DNA from: Psilocybe cubensis
Taxonomy: Eukaryota
Assembly: GCA_017499595.2 (NCBI GenBank)
Contig: CM038999.1
Location: 1,860,001-1,924,000 of the forward strand
Direction: 5' to 3'
DNA: 64,000 nt
The position numbers and the translations under genes are program-made. The notes under the pieces are model-generated. The model was not told the origin of the DNA. It saw nothing but the letters and a program-made list of their open reading frames with translations, and did not search any database. Shown piece by piece: positions 28,188 to 38,772 of this stretch (its first letter is position 1; each line of letters begins with the position of its first letter).

Positions 28188-29520
28188 ATGGACCTTAGCT
28201 CACGATTAGCAGCTAACACCAAGCTGGTGCATGTCGTCCGGGCATGTTCTTGTGCGTTTGCTCTGCCTTTTCACCGTTTGACTGATTGTCTTGATCGTTT
28301 ACTGCATTTAGATTCAACTTTCTTCCTTGGTTTCTGGGACTGGGTCACTACCTTAAACTTTGAGACGCGCGTAATATGGAGGTAAGCAACTGAGCCCCAT
28401 AGTTTCTGTAAAAGTTGCATTTCTCGCCTCTAGGAGGACTACGGACAAAAGCATTCGCCGGGCGTATTGTACTTCGCGATATGTTGGGCTTGTCGCGTTG
28501 GCGTAAGATATCGGTTGATACCATCACAAGCTCTTGAAGTTAAACTCTGTCATAGAATAAACATGTCGGTTGTATCATTCCTTCAGTTCAGCCACTTCGA
28601 CTCTCAATATCAATGTCGGATATGGTATGGATACCAGTTGGCAACCAGCACCATATTGTTGTATGCGATGAATTATAACCTCATATATCGGCGTAAGTGG
28701 GCAGCCACAAATATCTACAATGAATACTAACCATTCTAACGTAAATTAGTACGCGCGTTGTACAAGGGTAGCCCTCTGATGAACAGGATATTGATTACTG
28801 GTTCCACCATTGAGGCAATGGCTGTCATATCGTTTGGGGGATGGTCTATTGCTACTCTCTCGTTTAGTAATGATGGAGGTTGTCTTCCAATGCATGCGCC
28901 ACCTCAGGTTCTGTACCTAACGTAAGTTTCATTGGTCAGAAATCGCTACTTCAAACTCAGTTTTTTGTTTTATGCATTAAGTGTATCCCAAATGGCGTCC
29001 CAAATCGCAATTTGCGCCTTAACTTCATTCAAATCTTTCAGATTATATTTTCAGAGTGGGTGGACGGATATGCCTTTGCTATCGCTCGTTACTCGTGATG
29101 GTTTTGCTGTATTCTTGCTTTTTATGGGTGAGTTCCCATATCCGTGCCGGGATGCGAATTGTTCATATAATTTTGCAGGCCTGCTTGGTGCTATGCTTTC
29201 GGATGCCACAAACCGTGAACCAGGGAGCCACACTGCCCAACTTTGCTATTTTATTTTCCCGTAAGCCTTTGCATATGCTATGTAAAATCGTAAATGAGAG
29301 CTTAAGTTTTTTTCAGCCTCTATGTCACCCTTCTTTCGCTCTCTGTAAGTCATAATTGTTAGACCATCTAGAATGCACTCACCCATACCTCAATATGTAC
29401 TTCACTATAGAGCTGCAGAATCATTATCAACATCAAGACTTTTACTAGCGACAAGTGTCCCAGATTGCCTAGTAACTGTGGGAGCGACAACATTGTTCTA
29501 AGTACAGTCTGTACCGCTAA
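28188..29520 (+). CDS. Agaricomycete multi-TM membrane protein (DUF6533-like); boundaries approximate, possibly degenerate
   Basis: FWDWVTTLNFETRVIWR...SRY N-terminal motif, then RVRALY, LLSLVTRDGFAVF and CRIIINI segments across about 8 short exons. Confidence 0.5.
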
Positions 29521-30719
29521 CCCTAGTTTTTCATAAAATTTCATTATTATATTAACCTGCCAGTAGATGGTGAGGCTATACATCCTTGTAAATGATGCTT
29601 TACGATAAGTACGGCACTACTTGGCGATGCGAAGATTTCTAAATGACCCTGCCTAACGTGGGCGAGTCGGACTGCACTTCAAGAGAGAACAATAGCTTGA
29701 AACAGGCAATCCCCTTTTTTGACGCATACTATAATCACAAGATTATGACCGTCGATTTCGAAACGCTACTCACCTAGAGTGATTTCTTGCGAAGTTTACA
29801 TGCTCTTCCAAAATTCAACCGTGGTATTCAATCGTGCGCATAGGTGTATAACCGCGTATTGGCGGGTATGCACAGGCAGGCTTTGGGGAGCGATGCATCA
29901 TTGGTAGAATGTGTACAAGGCTCGACAGAAAAACTCGTAACTGAGGTGTGAAAGGTTGCAACATACCACTTTTTGCCACCGGGAAACAGCCTGTTGGTTT
30001 GATGGTGCAGAGTGACATTATTATCTGCGCCTAAGTGTTCACTATGGGAGACTTTCCATGGGCGCACGACGACGACGGAGAAGTTTGATGTAATGCTCTG
30101 GATGAGTATCTCTGTTATGGTTTGAAATTTTGATCACTGTTCAAAACCAAAAACCAAAAACACATAATTTAATAAAGTAACTCGACTGACATTGAATAGC
30201 ACGGCATCCCTTCTCAACTCCCCACGCAAGGACAGCCTGACACCCATCGCATCTCTCAAGTCAATGCTCAGAACTAGACAGAGCTGAGCAGGAATTATGA
30301 CCAAGATTTGAATATCACTCACATCCACAAGATAAGGTGACTGTCATGTCCAGGTTTGGTCCAGGTTAATAGTCAGCTAGGAACTTCATGGTTTTATCTA
30401 TGCCAAACTCGTATTCGGTATACATTTTCCCAATTGTCGTTAACTACCGAGCAGATTGCGGTCATGGGTGGTCTACAGGGAGTGAGATGTACATCTTGAT
30501 AACTGCTCGTAAGTGTCCAAGCCAGTGTGAGCCTCTGGCGAAAAATTTCGAGAGAAAACCCAAACAACAAATTATGATAGTGGATGCCGTCCAGTCGCCG
30601 AGCGCTTAACCGGTTAAAGTAGATGTCAGCACGTGACTGTGTCTGGACCCTGGAATGCGGCACTCAGCTGTATCCTGTACTTCACTAGCACAAGCTTATA
30701 CAAGAGACAGGAGACCAGC

Positions 30720-31437
30720 ATGTCGCAGGCCCGGATATCCAAAGCACTTAAACATCTATACCGTCTTTCTACACAGCGTGGTCAACTCGCAATAACGCAT
30801 TCAATACCAAAGAAACCTCAGGCTCTCCAATTTCAACGGAGTATATCTACCACAATCCCTAGGCATGCCGCCCTTGCTACATCCCTACCAACTCAGCCGA
30901 CTGTCGTTTTGCACTCACCGTCACCAGAACATATTGAGAAAGAGGAATTGGACATTGAATTGCTGCCACTTGAACAGGTGAAGCTTGAAATAACGGACCG
31001 GGCAGCGGAGGTAAAGAGTTGCATTTTCTTGGAGGAATTTTGATTGAACACATATTACAGCAATTAAGAAAAATTTCTGAACGAGAGAATAATCAAAATT
31101 CTGCACTCAGAATATCCGTCGAGTCTGGTGGATGTCATGGATATCAATACAAAATGGATTTAGCCAAAGAACGGTCTCCGGATGATTAGTAAGTTGCTTC
31201 CTTAAAGCCCCTGGTTCGATTCATTTTTTGTGTACTAACTCTTAGTTCAGTCAATTCAGTCATCCAAGCATAAAACCTTCCAATATACTCGTTGATGCAG
31301 TTTCTTTATCATTGCTCAATGGTTCGACAATTGATTTCGCGACCGAATTAATTGGAAGCAGCTTCCGCGTAGCACACAACCCGCAGGCAAAAGGAAGTGG
31401 TTGCGGGTGTGGTGTAAGCTGGGAGTTAAAAGAATGA
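30720..31437 (+). CDS. ISA2: Mitochondrial iron-sulfur cluster assembly protein (IscA/HesB family, Isa2-type)
   Basis: Presequence, then ITDRAAEQL, LRISVESGGCHGYQY, GSTIDFATELIGSSF and NPQAKGSGCGCGVSW. Confidence 0.88.
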
Positions 31438-31622
31438 TTGAAGTTATAGTGCATGGAACTGGACTCAAGGTCTGATGTATATTACAATCTCTGTATCGAT
31501 ATTATTGCCCAAACACATTACAGAACTTACCTCAACTCAAGGATGCCTCGTAGAGGTTTTTTAAGGCAACTGATGGCGTCATCTCCTCTGATCCCCTGCC
31601 TGCTTGGCGTAGAGGTTAATTA

Positions 31623-32211
31623 TCAGAACGGGACCGCAGTAGCAGCTAATCTCGTGACGGGATGGAACGGCGCAAACTTCCAGAGACTAAGATAAATTGG
31701 TTAGCTGTTCATCTTCGTGCAAAAACGACTGTTGTACCGTGGGTGGACTGCGGCAAGTTCAGGCAGCGCCTGAATCGCTTCTGGGGTGACTGGTGGCCAA
31801 TATTGGGAAGTCTGCAGATCATGGTGTGAAATACAAAACCTACGCCAAAATTCATTGCTTGTTTGGCGCAACAAGTAACAGTGCTTACGGCAGTAAAATC
31901 GAGATCTCAACCCTTGATCCAAACCAGATCATACTTTCTACAGAAGTATCAATTTTCTGGGCTTCGAATGGGTCAAACAATGTGACGCACCTCTCACAAG
32001 CACGCTCAATATCTCGTCATCTATCGACTTCGGCAATGCGTCTCCTTTGAACTTGGAAATCTTGTATGCCTAAATGAACAAGACAAAATCTCATGAAGCT
32101 CGGACTGACCTGTGAATGCAACACATTGGCGGTGTTCAATTCCATGTTCTTTAAACTGTACTGGAGGTCCTTGTGACGGTATGTTTCAGGAGTCTGAACT
32201 TCCAGAGTCAT
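31623..32211 (-). CDS. Possible small orphan spliced gene (~131 aa) or gene remnant
   Basis: Five putative exons joined by four ~50-nt GT-AG introns stay in frame: MTLEVQ...HSQ|AYKISK...LVR|ESMIW...LLP|FCISH...HPR|LWKFAP...VPF*. No family recognised. Confidence 0.3.
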
Positions 32212-33075
32212 TCATTAACCTCGGAAACGTAGACATGTCGGCTTGCCTTGGTCCACTCTCCAACTAAGACGAGCAACGATTCAAGATCCTTTCGAATTTT
32301 GACCGGAGCTTTGTTGGTCACGACAGTGGCCGAGTCAGTGCAGTGAAGTGCGATTGCTTCTAGAAACATATCATCCCCTGCACCGTTGTGATGTTAGTTT
32401 GAGAATTTGCTGCCAGTCTTCTCACCCCACCTTCAAGATGCAAGGCAAGCAAATTGCAAACTGTCTCGACGTACATCATAAAGGAAGAAAACTCTGGGTG
32501 TCGATCGCTTATTTTGGGGGCCACATCATATATGATGTTCAGTGCCCGAATGAGAGCATTCTATGTCGCAAACCTTGTTGACATTTACACAGGAAACAAT
32601 CAACATGCAACATGATTACCTTCATGAACGCATTTTGATACAGTAGGGCATCACGCTCTCTGTAAATGTTTATTAGCAACAATCGGCCCTTATTCCACCA
32701 ACGTTGCTCACTTCATATTCTGCAAGTTGTCCGGAATGGTGGGGAGAAGTTGAAGAGGAAACATTATGCAAATATCCAACGTGGTGGTCAGGAATATGGG
32801 TTTTGGGGATACATTGGGTTTTCTCCGCCCTATTTAGCATTTTTCTTCATTGTGGTAGTGGCCACGGTGGCACGTTCATCCCCTTTTATTGCCAACTCTG
32901 TGACCAAAGAAGTGCTCTCACTGCCCATCACGATTCATTGACCCTTGAAGGCATTACCCACCTTCATTCTGATCGCCGCATAATTCAAAAAGCAGTGGAC
33001 AATGACAATGGTCATTTACGTTATATTTTCACCTCCAGATGTATTTAAACAGGAAATTCCTTCCACTCTTTCTTC

Positions 33076-34009
33076 TCAATGGAATCCAGTGAAATTTAGT
33101 TCGTGGTCCAGGCGATGCTTCAATCCCCACTCCCTGATCTTATCATAATTCCGACACTTGTGCATAATGTTGCCCATTATTCGCACCTCCTGGACGCGAT
33201 CAACCCACTGCCACACCAGAGGTGTAACATCAGCAGAGCACATCAAAGATTGGCGGATATTTTCAACGCAATGGTCTAGGTGCTGTCTATTCATGTGCAT
33301 TCCTTCTTTGTAGTATTCTGGATGAAGGGCCTTTCGCAACATATTCTGCCAGAAATGGTAAAGAAAGAGAGTGAGTGAACAGGTACATCAAAGACCTACC
33401 AAACAATGTAGTTGGTGAAAGACATCAAGGTGAACAACGTAATGTTTTTCATCCCCTGGCAACCGATAGGTTTGGTTCACAAGCTTTGAGGCTTCCTCTT
33501 TGGTGATCTTCGACACTCCAACTGATTCGAAACAATTTAGTGTGGCCCGCAGAATAGAATAAAGAAGGCCTCATACAATCATACAAGTCTTCCCAGGCGT
33601 CGTCAACCTCTGGGGAGGGGGCCTGCTGATATAGGCTGACGTCCGAACCGAAACCTTCATGGAATACCCTGTTTTCATACGTGATCAAATGTTGAACAGG
33701 GGCTTCACCACTGGTTAGCGAAATACGAATGGTGTTTACAGGAAGCGCGGACAACGCACAATACAGATACGTTGAGGATACATCGATATGATTGAAATAG
33801 AAACCAATTGCTCCGCCAATTAGCATTGCCAAAAACAAAAATTGCAGGAACAACGCTACTCGTAGCAGACGAATTTTGTGAAGGCACTTGGAGTCTGAAC
33901 AAGGAGTCTGCGGCGTTGAGCAGTCATCGGAGGTGAGAAGGGAAAGGTTTTCCAATGAATCTTGGGGCATAGAATGATAAGGCGATTCGGACTTTATTGC
34001 CATACCCAT
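33076..34009 (-). CDS. UstYa-like (DUF3328) oxidase, 255 aa, 4 exons
   Basis: Exons 34009-33760, 33702-33577, 33521-33400 and 33345-33076. N-terminal TM segment, then YSP...PSPEVDDAWEDL, LDVFHQLHCLNMLRK, HLDHCVENIRQSLMCSADVTP and HKCRNYDKIREW. The two HxxHC motifs are diagnostic of DUF3328. Confidence 0.93.
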
Positions 34010-34851
34010 GGGCAAAGGGATGGTCGAATATAAAGTATAGTTCTGGTTATATATTGGTGCAGTCTGATAGAATGGGGTCTGCTCTTGCCAGGTGGTGCAC
34101 GGAATCCAGTAAGGTTGGACAGAGAATCTGATTTGGACGTTGAAGCTGGTATCTCGTGGTCTCTGTTCACCGCCCATGGCGGAGTAGGCGTACTCGTGTA
34201 GACGGGATGAATGATCATTCGTGGCGATAAGGAGTGCCAGGAAGCATAAAGGGCAGGATCGAAGCCATACGAACAAGTAGATAGAGGTTGATCGTTAAGC
34301 TTTTGTTCTTGTAGGCCTTGGGACAAAGCAGAGGTAGCAGATATTCACATACTGAATGAAAAATATCTTGTGAAACAAACGCCCATTTTGGTCTCCTGAA
34401 TGTTGAAGTTGTGTGTGTGAGCACTTGACGGTTGATGATAACTACTGAAAATATGTGTATAGTTCGGCCAGGTGCCGCAAAGAATAATTTTGCAACTTGT
34501 GTCCTACTGGTCACATACTGCAGACGCATTGAAAGGCAAACCTAGCTTCGAAACTCGGGGTAGCAGAACTAGTACATACATGTAGACTGCATGCCCATCC
34601 TTGAAAATTTGCAGACCTTCTTTGACGCGCTTGGTAGATGGATATCACCCAGGAAGGCCTACAATGCGGGGTTTGCATATTTTGGCGCCGAAGTCCAAGG
34701 CCGATGAGTTTGGGATCGAAAAATGGAGCAGTCAGGTGGAACAGACAATGTCGAAAGAGTAGAGGCCTGGGTTCCGACCAAAAAACGTATAAAGGTAACA
34801 CAAAATTTTGTAATTGAACCATCTTGTTATCTGTATCCACCAGCAGGTAGA
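34010..34851. promoter_or_regulatory. Putative bidirectional promoter of the DUF3328 and precursor genes
   Basis: Head-to-head arrangement, with TATATAA on the minus strand at 34047-34053 and TATAAA on the plus strand at 34788-34793. Confidence 0.45.
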
Positions 34852-35864
34852 ATGAAGGCCTTCAACACACTTTTAGTTTCTGTTTTGCTCACCGCAACAG
34901 CCAATGCGGTGCCTATGGTGAGCCAGTGTTGCCATACCAGTGGGAACTGAATATCAATCCTTAAACTCAGGGAGAAATTCAAGCGCGCAGCAGCCAAGTT
35001 TCCCAGCGAGGAGAGGCAACTGTAGGCGCAATCAAGCCTGGCAGTTTATTGAGCTGACCGATTTTCACAGGCTGACAATGCCGTCGCACCACAAGCATGG
35101 AGCGGCTACAACGAGAGACGCACCGAAGAGGCCTCAGATGTAGGTCTAAACACATTCTCTGTTTAAAGATACGCTAATATCGCTAAAGGCTGACAACGCC
35201 GTTGCCCCGCAAGCCTGGAGCGGATACAACGAACGTCGCAGTAACACAGAAACATCGAATGTGAGTGAGAGAGCCTAAAATCGTGAATGTCGTTTAACTG
35301 GGAGCTCAAAAGGCCGACAATATTATAACACCACAGGCATGGAGTGAGTACACCGAGAAACGCGCTGAGGAAGCGTCGGAGGTGCGTTGAGGCCCAGGCT
35401 GTTTGAAGCGAAAGTAACCTAGAGCGACCCTCAGGCCGATGACGCTGTTGCTCCTCAGGCGTGGAGTGGATATGCCGGAAGGAGCTCTGAAGAAGCTTCC
35501 GATGTACGTGTCCAACAGCTCGATAGATCACAGAACTCATTGATAGCAGGCGGATAACGCTGTCGCACCTCAAGCTTGGAGTGGATACGCCGAAAGACGC
35601 GCCGTAGAGGCCTCCGATGTAAGTGGTACTATCACCATTTAACTGTGATGAGTACGAGCTGAGCTGATATATTAGGCCGATGATGCTGTTGCACCCCAGG
35701 CCTGGAGCGGCTACGAAGAGAAGCGTTCTGAAGAAGGAACTTCGGAGGTATGGATTATACCGTTGGCTACTCTGATTGAAAAAACGTGCCTGATGTCGGA
35801 TCGTTGTAATTAGGCTGACAACGCAGTTGCCCCGCAAGCTTGGAGTGGCTACGAGGAGGCATAA
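34852..35864 (+). CDS. Secreted Kex2-processed repeat protein / dikaritin-type RiPP precursor, 195 aa, 9 exons
   Basis: Signal peptide MKAFNTLLVSVLLTATANA-VPM. Exons are 34852-34917, 34971-35021, 35071-35139, 35189-35260, 35313-35381, 35435-35503, 35550-35618, 35676-35747 and 35814-35864. Seven repeats AD(N/D)AVAPQAWSGYxE, five followed by RR/KR, are separated by acidic spacers. All 8 introns are GT-AG and phase 0. Confidence 0.9.
35071..35864 (+). repeat. Seven-unit exon+intron tandem repeat (~115-140 bp period) of the precursor core
   Basis: GCNGAYRAY...CCNCARGCNTGGAGY recurs at 35071, 35189, 35313, 35435, 35550, 35676 and 35814. Confidence 0.9.
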
Positions 35865-36456
35865 TGGATGAATTTTGTAGCCTATCGGGCGAGATCTCTC
35901 TGCAGCGCAACAGCTTGGGTACCAGAGAACACATTCATGCGTATTGCAGAGCTTCTGTCAATGTTCTCAGTATATAGTATCACCGATAGCTATTGAGGGG
36001 AGATGCAAGTTGGTTGGGTCTGAGGCTGAGAGAATGAGTCAAGTTAAAAGTTAAAATACAACCGGCATCTTGCTCACATTTTAGGCAAACATAGAGACTA
36101 ATTAGGAAACTGTATTGCCGGCAAACTCGAAATCACGGGAAATTATTTCACACATTGTTCACAAACAAATAACCTAAGCTGCAATCTTGTAGAGAAATTA
36201 ATTGCGATAACAGGAGAGCAATTACAACAAGAAAGATGGTCGAGTCCTAATTCTAGATATCAAAGGGTGATACGAATGAAGCAAGATAAAACAGTAGCTA
36301 AACGATGGAGGTCAAGGGGCATACATAATGTGGGTACCGGCGTCCATCCACAGGAGAGTCCGATCGGATATTCAGAGAATTAGTAGATATACACGAATAT
36401 GAAATATGATGATGGGTAATGAAGGGCCAAGGGAGATACCACATGTCCGTCCAGCC

Positions 36457-37639
36457 TTAGCAAATTGCACAACAACCCCAAGATTTACTGTCCTCGTCTT
36501 GTGGCAAAGTGCCTTTTCCACTGCTCCGTCGACGATGATGCTTGCTAGAATCCGAATTTTGAAGGTGACTCGGAGCTCCATCTCTCATGAGCATGCTCGC
36601 TCTCGTTGCCGTTTCAAAGACGTCGTCCACGCCTTCAATCTTCAAAGCGGAACATTCTTTGTAGGCACGAGCGCCAATGATGTTGGCTACGCGTTCGCCT
36701 TGTTCTCGGGTTACCCATTGACGGGGATTATCAGGTGCACTTGGTTCATCGTTCGACGGTCGAAGATCAGCCTTGCAACCAACCAGGATAACTGGAACCT
36801 GTGGACCACAGATGCTGCGGACCTCTTCAATCCACTGAACTCGGTGTTAATTACGTCATTGTAGATGGATGAGCAAGATTTACATTACCTTTGTCGTAAC
36901 GTTATCTAAAGAATCAGGAGTATCGATGGCGAAGGCAATAAGAATAACATGAGACTTTGAGTATGACATGGGTCGGAGACGCTGACAGAGTAAAAAGTAG
37001 GACATAAGCTCTAGGAAGAGGCATCGTGAGAGATGGCGAGACAGACCTCGTACTCCTCTTGTCCACTGGTCGATCCGAATAAGAGGGCGGTGAGATAGTA
37101 AAAGAAGAAAGCGGAGGCGTGACATACGCAGTATCCCACAAGGCCAATTGGATGGGCTTCTCGTCGAGCCTGATTTCGGCTACATAGTTATCGAAGACGG
37201 CTGCAACGAGGCGAGGTAACCGAATGAGAACCACCGATATCTGATTCACCTAGCGGATTGAACATACTCGGTTGCTGGACACGCGCGGCGCGGCGAGGAG
37301 GTTAGGGGATGGAACGAGGCAGAAGAGCAGAAAGGACACACATATTCCTTGGGAAACTCTCCAAGGGCAAATGTGCACAAGAGAGAGGTCTTTCCGCAAG
37401 CACCTGTGCATGTCAAGACTTAGGCTTCAGCTAGTCGATGCAGCACGAATACATGCCATCGCCGACAATGACGAGTTTCCGTCGAATCTGGGAGAGGAGG
37501 GTGAGCGCGGAAAAGAGAAAAGAAAGAAATACATACGGGTGTTTGGTTGGACATTCGAGGATGGTTGGCGACGAAGAGAGCGCTGAGGGTGGACGTGGAA
37601 GTAGTTTGCGGAGAGTGTTGTCCGAGCAGACATCGGCAT
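36457..37639 (-). CDS. RHO2: Rho-family small GTPase, Rho2-like
   Basis: [55 protein letters not shown] and LVGCKADL motifs. The C-terminal CAAX-like end is CCAIC*. Confidence 0.85.
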
Positions 37640-37707
37640 TGAAACCAAGAGGTTTATTGTCGGTTGTTATGTTTTGTTTCCTTAGCCAAGCACGACGTCA
37701 TTTAACA

Positions 37708-38385
37708 CTAGTAAATTAAGCCTTCCACACGGGCCTTAAAAGCGACCGCCTGTGCTTCGAATCCTGCCTGCAATCCCTCCGCAAACAGCGTCTCCACGAC
37801 ATATCCAACTGGCCCAGAGAACACCTCCCGCGCCTCATAGTATGTACCCCCGCCAGCCACTGGGCTCAGCGCCTGCCATCGCTCTGCATTCAACACCGCC
37901 CCAGGGATCATTATCTGCCTCCATGCTGCCCTGTGGCTGCTCGCGTCTATTGTCGTGATGTTTTCGTACGACGTCTGCGAATGGAGCAGATTCGGTGGCG
38001 TATCTGCATCCACCGGCAATGGAAGAGGGGGGATTTGCGCTTGAATAATGAGGCGTAGGCTCTCGTGGGGGGTTTGGTCCGCCAATGGGATGAACAACGT
38101 GTTTGTCACAACTTGCGATCTGCACCCAAAAGAATGCCGGTTATTTCCCACTCGAGCTTCTGGGCGCATCTTTGCTCACCTAACGAACGGATTCCATTCT
38201 GGATAACTTGGGAAGTCAAGTAGCACCTCCCATGCGGTTTCTATTGGCGCATCGATGATAATACTTGCTTGCGCTGTAAAGACTCCTGGTGTTGCTGGAG
38301 GTAAGTTCGATGGCGGAGGTGATTGTGCTGCAGTTTGATACCCGATTCCCAGCAAGATAATGGTCCATATCTTGACAAGCTGCAT
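37708..38385 (-). CDS. Secreted SRPBCC / polyketide-cyclase-like (START fold) protein
   Basis: Signal peptide MQLVKIWTIILLGIGYQTAA, then SIIIDAPIETAWEVLLDFPSYPEWNPFVR and YEAREVFSG...GFEAQAVAFKARVE. Confidence 0.7.
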
Positions 38386-38772
38386 GGAAGCTGGCATCGG
38401 GCTCTGGGCGTTGATATCTTCTGCTTCTCAAAAATACCACCTTTTAAGGATGTCTTTGGAGGTCGCTGGCTGCACCTTCCCAATTCACCATATTCCACGC
38501 TGTCAATGTGTTACAGGGCAAACAAATACGCCCAGTGTAGTTGCATAGAGAAAACATGTGTGCCTTGTATATATTACTTTCCAGACAAGGTCAAACCTCC
38601 GAACGTTCCATGATGCACAAGGAAATTTGCTTCATTTCTACGTCATTCAAATTATAAAAACTTGCTCATCATAAAGGAACCCATTGTATCCGCTGCAATT
38701 ACGGAGAACATTCAATGCGCGCAATTGACAGATAAAATTGACAAAATGTCGCATACTTGCTTCCAGATAGAT

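Noticed and set aside
32348-33048. Short ORFs between the orphan ORF and the DUF3328 gene
   Set aside because: No recognisable motifs, and no consistent exon structure was found.
34010-34276. N-terminal extension of the 275-aa ORF (33449-34276)
   Set aside because: It starts at a non-ATG codon upstream of a TATA box. The DUF3328 protein most likely starts at ATG 34009 or 34003.
35163-35837. 224-aa minus-strand ORF with internal repeats
   Set aside because: It is the antisense shadow of the precursor repeat array. The plus strand has the signal peptide, canonical splice sites and synonymous-only variation.
35071-35864. Repeat-spacer periodicity superficially like a CRISPR array
   Set aside because: This is eukaryotic DNA. 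The 'repeats' are coding exons with third-position variation, the 'spacers' are GT-AG introns, and there are no cas genes.
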